Source: Octopus sinensis (Eukaryota). Taken from it: a stretch of 64,000 bases of DNA. Positions within the stretch are counted from its first letter, which is position 1, and each line of letters begins with the position of its first letter. Of this stretch, positions 56,092 through 64,000 are shown in pieces. Under the pieces are notes generated by a model, which did not search any database, had not been told where the DNA came from, and saw only the letters and a list, made by a program, of their open reading frames with translations. The translations under genes and the position numbers were made by a program. The stretch is taken from assembly GCF_006345805.1 (NCBI RefSeq), contig NC_042997.1, positions 105,028,001 to 105,092,000 of the forward strand, in the 5' to 3' direction.

Positions 56092-56430
56092 TAGGTCCCG
56101 GGTTGATTCGGGTTCACCACAGTAAATAGGGTACTCAATACATACAGAGTAAAATTAATTTATTATATAGAAGGAGCTTCTACAGACTAGAACTGTTTCA
56201 TTCAAGAGAAATCTTCAGGAAGCTAGTTAACAAGAATTGTATTGGCATTTATACATTTAGGCAGGTTTAAAGGGGGTGGTGGGGACTTTTTGGGGGTAGG
56301 CATAGCGCAAAAATATCATACTTGGGGGAGTGGTCAAGGAGTCAGTGGTAAATTAGATAAAAGAATAAATAAAAGAATAAAAAATTATATAGAAGAATGA
56401 GATTTTAGGTAAATAAGGAGATTCTCACTT
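56092..56430 (-). mobile_element. Penelope-like terminal (pseudo-LTR) segment
   Basis: Contains a hammerhead core followed by AATAAA on the minus strand; PLE assignment is inference from that arrangement. Confidence 0.5.
56175..56224 (-). ncRNA. Type I hammerhead ribozyme candidate
   Basis: Minus strand AGCTTC CTGAAGA TTTC TCTT GAAT GAAA CAG TTCTAGT CTG TA GAAGCT: 6-bp stem I, full CUGANGA and GAAA core, 4-bp stem III, GUA cleavage triplet; U-U mismatch at the base of stem II. Confidence 0.75.
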
Positions 56431-56763
56431 ATACCTATACACATATGTATACATATACCACACACACACACACACACATATACATAAACACTACATACAC
56501 ACACCACATATATATATACACATACATATACATACATATATCTACATATATATATATATATATACATATATACACATATATATGGCATATACATATACAC
56601 ACACACATGTATATATACACACACGACCACACATACATATACACACAAAAATAATACATATACACACATACACATACACTACAACACCACATACCCACAT
56701 ACACACATGCACACACAACACACAAGTCCCTATATACACATATTACATATACACATATATATA

Positions 56764-56801
<38 letters not shown>

Positions 56802-57694
56802 GTGTACCTATATACATACCTACACTATACACACATATACATACAAATACAAACCCATCCCTAATTTTAATTTTATTATCTTCATTTATTACTTTTGTTA
56901 TCTTTGACCGCTGGTCACAAGCATCTTGGCTACGACAGCAAGTCCATTTATCTTTCTACTTGAACACAAGCACTCACTCACGCACGCACACTCATTAGCA
57001 CGCACACTCATTCATTCGTACACTCATACACATAAACGCACGCACGCGTTATATTCATACATACATACTCTACATACATTCACATATATACACATACGTA
57101 CGCGTACCTACAGATTCATGTCTACACGCTTAGAAGACTAGTCTATACTATACACCAATAAATATATATACCACATACATATACACCTACATACAAATAC
57201 ATACATACATATATATATATATATACGTATATAACATACATACATACACCCATACATACATACATATATACACATACACACCCCCCACGTATACATATAC
57301 ATACATATACGCGAGGCATACATACACACATACATACACATACACATATATATACACATATATATATATAAATATATAATATATATACACACATACATAT
57401 ACATACATACATTACATAATACCACACACATACATACACATTACACATACACACACATACACATATACATGCGTACCCTACACACACACCACACGCGCAT
57501 CCATATATACACATAAGTACACACATGCGTAAAGTATACATATCTATACATATGCGTACACATACACACACACACACACGCGCCTCCTTATGTTCATCTT
57601 ACATGCATACTCAAAAAATAAATAATAAATATTAAGTATATATACGTGCAGTTACCTATTATACAGACGGATACATACTATAACTTACACACAC

Positions 57695-57729
<35 letters not shown>

Positions 57730-57879
57730 CATACTTACACATATGTACATATACATACACACATACATAACTCTAACTCTACGTACCTACATATACATAA
57801 CACACGAGCGTACACGTATATGTACATATACACATACACATACACACACATATATACATACATACATATACATACACAC

Positions 57880-57911
<32 letters not shown>

Positions 57912-58003
57912 CTATATATATATATACACATACACACATATATATATACATACATATACATACACACACATACACATACACACACATATATATATCTATA
58001 TGC

Positions 58004-58040
<37 letters not shown>

Positions 58041-58160
58041 TATATATATACATATATATACATACACATACATATACATATACACACATACACACACACA
58101 TACATATATACATACACACACACATACATATACATACACACATATACATATATATATATA
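56430..58160. repeat. Long low-complexity (TA/CA/TACA) tract
   Basis: Direct reading. Confidence 0.95.
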
Positions 58161-58552
58161 TTTCAACAATTGAGGGTAAAATTAATTAATTATTAATCAA
58201 TTCACCAAGTATTCAGTATGTAAAGGGACCATTATAGGCGAATTCAAATATTACAATATATATAAGGGCTTAGTAAAATAAATTACTTTGCCACATACGA
58301 ACTCATTAGAAATAGCAGCTAAAAAATTTCTTCAGCTATTTCTAATACTTAAAGAAGATCTCTCTCAGATAGTGTTTGCCTAAACCAACTCACAAAAGTA
58401 TGGGGGAAAAAAACATTAAAAAAAATCAGTGCAAAGGTTATATATATAACTATATACATGTGTAAAACATACATACATCTCATACAACACAACACACTTA
58501 CATATACCTATTACACACCTTACACCATATATATATATATATTATATATATT

Positions 58553-60221
58553 AGAGACTTTGTCGCATGCAATCAAGCCTTATGCATAGCACTCACAGAA
58601 ACGCATCTGAAACCGGACATAGCAGATGCGGAATTACACATACCACAGTATTTGTACTACGGACCGACAGGAAAGAAAGGAGTCATGGAGGAGTTGCTAT
58701 GTACATCCGTGGGGACCCTCACACCCCAGGTCCTTTTGTCATACTCAAACTCGGTGTGTGAACACTAATTGTACACATAAGGCAACTTGATGTAGTTGTG
58801 TGTGCTACATATCGCCCTCCAGATGCCCCAAGTCATATGGGCAAGTTTGAGGACTGCCTTTTAAAAATAGAAGTTCTAACCACATTAGAACAACACATAA
58901 GTGTACTTCTCATGGGAGACTTTCAATCTACCGAATGTCAGATGGCCCGAGGGCCTTTCTCTCCCAGGAATGACAAGATGTGAACGAGGACAGGCGAGGT
59001 CCCTCTGAACCTCACCAACACCCTGTACATGGAGCAAGTAATACTCCAACCAACCAGAGCAGGTAACACACTGGATCTCTGCTTCACAAAAATATGGATC
59101 TCATCCATAATGTGAAAGTGACACACCGACACTACTCTCGGATCACAACATGGTAGAGCTGGCCATGTTACGGGCCAAAAGAGAGCACGGACATGCAGCC
59201 TACAAGAAACCCTCAGAATCTTTCCAGCTTGAAACTTCAAGAAGGCAAACTGGAAACAAATTGAGAAAGAGATCCTCAAACAAACTGGCCTGAATGTCTC
59301 TCCTCGCCGACATCGACATGATACTTCAACAATTCATGTCTGTAATGCAAGCCATATGCTACAAATGTGTCCCAGAGAGAAAGGCCACTGTACACAAGAA
59401 CAAAATCCCCAGAGAGAGAAAATTTTAATGAGACGGCGTACAAAAATTTCAAATCGCCTAAACAAAACAATTGAAAGCAGTAAAAGTCCCGCCTGAAAAT
59501 AAAACTGTTGGAAATTGAAAATTGTCTGCAACTCTCCCATGAGAAGGAAGAGCAGACAAAGAAGCCTGGGCTATAGACAACATAAAAACTAACCAGAGCT
59601 TTCCTACAGGTATGCCAAGAAACAGCTACGGTGCACTGTAGGATAGGGCCACTCCTTGAAAAGGATGGCACACTCACAGGAAAACCAATGAGGGTAAGTG
59701 AAATACTGAATGACAATTCAAGAGTGTTTTCACTCCACCCCTTGGGCATTTCCAAATCAGCAATCTAAAACTGACTTCTTTATTACACTGCAGTATAGAA
59801 TCAGAGGCGGCGACGATAATTCATCGATATAATAAAGGAACATGTAATAAAGGCTATAGATGAAATGAAAAATAGACTCAGCTATTGGCCCCGATGGATT
59901 CCCGGCAATCCTCCTAAAAGTATGTAAGAGAGTCTTAGCAAGACCACTGCAGTTCCTCTTTCAGAGCTTCCTTGCAGCTGGCAAACTTCCAAGAAAACTG
60001 AAGGAAGGTAAAATATGCCCTATTCATAAGGAGGTAGCAGAGCGGAGGCCAAGAACTACAGACCCTATCTCTCTGACCTCACACATCAGCAAGGTCATGG
60101 AACGAATAGTCAGAAGGAAACTATCACCTCCTTGAAGAAAATGACTTGCTGCCCCGACCGACACCCACATGTTTCCGACCAAAAGCTGCTTAACTCAGCT
60201 CCTGCAGCACTATGACTGGGT
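58553..60221 (+). mobile_element. CR1/L2-group LINE relic (APE endonuclease and start of RT), frameshifted, cut by the gap
   Basis: IALTETHLKPDI; RTDRKERSHGGVAMYIR; YRPPDA; LLMGDF; GPDGFPAILLK; KNYRPISLTSHISKVMERIVR. Confidence 0.85.
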
Positions 60222-60321
60222 NNNNNNNNNNNNNNNNNNNNNNNNNNNNNNNNNNNNNNNNNNNNNNNNNNNNNNNNNNNNNNNNNNNNNNNNNNNNNNN
60301 NNNNNNNNNNNNNNNNNNNNN
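60222..60321. other. Assembly gap (100 N)
   Basis: Run of n; unrelated LINE families lie on either side. Confidence 1.
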
Positions 60322-60745
60322 TCAGGTGAAACTCATATGGGACATGCCAACCTGCACAGATAAGAAGTGACATCATAACCGACCAGATATCAATCTCCTA
60401 CGGAGGAGTCCAAAGAATAGAACTTCATCAACGTAGCTATAACTGTATACTAGAACACTATGAAAACAAAGGACGAGGAAGCCAAGATGTACTAAGACTT
60501 AGCATTGATAGAACCTCAAAAGTGAATGTGTTATCTATTGTCATCGGTGCATTTGGGACCATTTCAAGAAAAGCAATATTCTGGTATGAAAAACTGCAAT
60601 TACTAAACTTTATAGGAAAAAAAGAAGTTGGCAGCAATACTTGGAACAGCTCAAGTGTTGAGAAAAGTGTTGCATATCCAAGTTGCGGGAAAGAGCTGGG
60701 ACGTGACATAGCTCAAGAGAAGAAAGGGAAATTGAAATATTAATA
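60322..60745 (+). mobile_element. R4/Dong-like LINE 3' fragment, another family
   Basis: QVKLIWDMPTCTDK, HNRPDI, SIVIGAFGTISRK, AAILGTAQVLRKVL; followed by taa/gat repeats. Confidence 0.75.
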
Positions 60746-61193
60746 CTACTATTCTAATAATAATGATGATGATGATGATGATAATGACGACGACGACGAC
60801 GAGGATGATGATGATGATGGTGGTGGTGGTGGTGGTGGTGGTGGTGGTGGTGGTGGTGGTGATGATGATGATGATGATGAATTCTAAAACGTTAATAAGA
60901 TTTCAGGAAAAAGAAGTAATGTAATGCAATACGTATATAAACTATTACATTGTATTTCAATGTCTCTTCCTACTGCTGTGAACTAAATGATATATTAGTG
61001 TTCCGGAAAATTAAAGGCAACAAACAGAACCACCGAAATCTTCACAACATTAAAGAATTTTTGATATTGTTATATTATGAACATTATTATGTTACACTAA
61101 TCTTTTATTATATCTTTCATTTCCTTATATACATACGTACAAGCATGGGCGCATACATGTATACATACATACTATATATATATATATATATAT

Positions 61194-61231
<38 letters not shown>

Positions 61232-61364
61232 CATATATGTATATATATATATACATATATATATACATATATATCTATCTATATATATCTATACATATAT
61301 ATGTTTACTATAATATATATATATATATATATTTATAATATATAATATATATATTATAATTATA

Positions 61365-61398
<34 letters not shown>

Positions 61399-62281
61399 GT
61401 GTGTGTGTGTGTGGTGCGCACATACATACATATATGTTTCTGTGTGTGAGTGTACGCACAAACGCAAATATGCATACATACAGAAGCACATGCAGAGGTA
61501 TAAACATACAAGAAGAATATCAAGATATATACAGATAAGTATATATAGACATATACATACGCACATATATCATACTCACAAACACACATACGCATAAATG
61601 ATGTTATTTTATTTATTTATTTATATTTTTTAATATTTTCTGAGGTTGACTTGGAATAGCTGTATTAAAGCAATTGTAGCATGACATCTGCGAAATCTTG
61701 TGAAATCTATACGGAGTATTAGGAAACTTATTCGAAATTAGCTCATTTTGAAAACAACCATTAACACGACACACTTGTGTTTCTCCAAATGTAATTCCCT
61801 TGTCAGTGATCTCCGTAGTGGGCAGCAAGAAACTCGACTAATAAAAAAATACTTTATGTGAGTATAGAAATTCATACAGAAACAGACACACACACACGCA
61901 CATAAATACGCACGCACCTCCTCATACACACATATATATCGATGTAAATATGTATGCGTGTATGTATTTACGAGTAGGAAGTATATGCATTACTAGAGCT
62001 CTTATTTGAACAGACAAATATTAAAGAACAATTTAATAGATATATTAGAAAAGAAAATCTTTTGTATGTGTGTGGCCCTCTACGCAGAAATTGATCTAAA
62101 GTGCAAATCTCCAAGTTCATATATATTACTCGGTAATATATAAGGTGTGCCTGCGTCTAACTCTGTGCATACATCTATGTGTATATAAGTATGAATACGA
62201 ATGTATAAGCTTTTATAAGTAGTTATATTACTTGTACCCACATACGTATACACACACGCACACACATACACACACACATAC

Positions 62282-62330
<49 letters not shown>

Positions 62331-62490
62331 CATACTGTGTGGAAAGAAGCTTTCTTCCCAACTACTGTTTCCGGTTCAGTCCCACTGAGTGGTACCTGGG
62401 CGAGTATCTTCTACTGGGCCGACGAAAGCCTTGCCATGGATTTGGTAGATGGGAACTGAGAAACCTGTCGTATGTATCTATGTATATATA

Positions 62491-62536
<46 letters not shown>

Positions 62537-62539
62537 TAT

Positions 62540-62570
<31 letters not shown>

Positions 62571-62572
<2 letters not shown>

Positions 62573-63763
62573 CTGTATAAGGTATTTGAGAACATACATT
62601 TTGGGGCTCGTTACTCTAACTGCATTTTTTGCTATCTCTCTATAATCTTTGTTTCAGAAAATAATAATGGCAGACATTCACTTTACTCAAGAAATGAGGC
62701 ATGCTGTTATTGTGGTTATAAAGGTTGAGCATAGCAATTCAGAAATATCTCGATTTTTAAAAGTTGCCAGATCTTTCGTCTACAAAGTTTGTATGTAGCT
62801 AGAGACTGGAGATGGAGACGTATCACCAGTATCAAAGCATAAAATGCATTCTAAACGCTTTGAAATAATCAGAAATCCTGAATTTATCCACCAAGTTCAA
62901 CAAACCATTGTTTACAATCCCAGAAAGTCCATAAGGTCAATTGCAAAAGATCTCCATGTGTCAGGAGGAACTGTCAGAAATGTTGTCCAAGAAGACATCA
63001 GATATAGGTCTTGTATGATGAGGTAGGGTCAATTTGTCAGATAAAGCAAAAGAAAATCACTACATCAGATCTAAAAGGCTCTTAAACAAACTGAAGAATC
63101 CAACAGAAGATTTGATTTGGTTTTCTTCAAGCGAGAAAAATTTCGACCAAGATCAAATAGTTAACAGAAGAAATGACTGTTGGTTATGTTCAGGCCCCTC
63201 TGAAGTTCCAAGTGTCATACATACAAAATTTCCTGCAACTGTCATGGTTTTCAGTAATGAAGGACATGTGATGCCACCTTACTTCTTTCCACAAGGGCTT
63301 AGGGTAAAATCTGCTGCCTACATTGTGGTCCTAGAAATAATTCTTAAGCGCTGGATAGACAGTGTATGCAATAGATAGACTCTGCACCATCACACACATC
63401 TCTATTAATACAGGAACGGATGGTCAAAAATTTTCATGATCACATAACCCCTAACATTTGCCCTCCTAATTCCCCAGATCTCAATCCGTTGGACTAATAC
63501 ATGTTGAGCGTTGTTGAGAGAGATGTCAATGAAAACGCCCATCACACCAAAGTAATGTCCTAAACCACTTGATTCGAGCATGTAGATGATTTATATGCCA
63601 TAAAGAAGAGTTATTGAAGCTTAAGGTGGCTTTATCGAATAACATTATAGAAAAGAATGTTTATTTATATCCTCACAGAATTTTTTGATAAATAAAGTTA
63701 TCTGCTATTTTATATTTGCTTTACCATAAACATAAATCTATCCTCAAATATCTTACGCACCTA
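62571..63763 (+). mobile_element. maT/DD37D-type transposon, decayed
   Basis: MADIHFTQEMRHAVIV...ISRFLKVARSFVYKV; SIRSIAKDLHVS; FSSSEKNFDQDQ; MVFSNEGHVMPPYFFP; PNSPDLNPLD; TIR-like ggctgtataaggtatttgag and cctcaaatatcttacgcacct. Confidence 0.85.
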
Positions 63764-63765
63764 CA

Positions 63766-64000
63766 AACCACATGCTTCCGGGTTCAGTCCCACTGCGTGG
63801 CACCTTAGGCAAATGCCTTCTAAATAACCTAAGGCCGATCAAAGCCTTGTGAGCGGATTTGGTAGACAGAAACAGAAAGAAGTCCGTCGTATATATATAT
63901 ACATACACATTATATATGTATGTAGGTAAGTGCGTGAGTTTATGTGTCTGTGTTTGTCCCCCTCCCCAACATTGCTTGACAACCGATACTGGTCTGTTTA
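63766..64000 (+). mobile_element. Family B (OK-like) SINE, runs off the window end
   Basis: ccgggttcagtcccactgcgtggcacc...gatttggtagac...tgtttgtcccc...gcttgacaaccgat. Confidence 0.85.

Noticed and set aside
58553-60745. One chimeric LINE with APE and REL endonucleases across the gap
   Set aside because: The CR1-like and Dong-like parts are separated by a 100-N scaffold gap of unknown true size
61613-61828. 71-aa minus-strand ORF as an exon
   Set aside because: TTG start, weak splice sites and no recognisable motif

Overview
AT-rich eukaryotic, non-genic DNA dense in microsatellites and transposon remnants. The SINE families resemble those described from Octopus, so a cephalopod origin is inferred. 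No host protein-coding exon, rRNA, true tRNA gene or CRISPR array can be supported, and most ORF-track entries are translated microsatellites. The centrepiece is two near-identical, stop-free but 5'-truncated Tx1-clade (L1-group) LINE copies stacked inside a (TATC)n array (16.2-23.0 kb). An older sister Tx1 copy at 40-41 kb ends in (ATC)n instead. Several R4/Dong-like REL-endonuclease LINE fragments sit in (TAA)n arrays. Together these suggest several retrotransposon lineages that each occupy a different microsatellite. The Tx1 3' terminus is also found as the tail of a tRNA-derived SINE (45.5 kb), a candidate SINE-LINE partnership. Other content: a near-intact type I hammerhead ribozyme in a Penelope-like end (56175-56224, minus strand), a tRNA-headed element with a decayed hammerhead, mariner and maT (DD37D-type) transposons, a Helitron nested in one maT, a Merlin-like MITE carrying TTAGGG repeats, a CR1-group LINE relic and a 100-N assembly gap. 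All alignments and identities were done by eye, and SINE boundaries are approximate.
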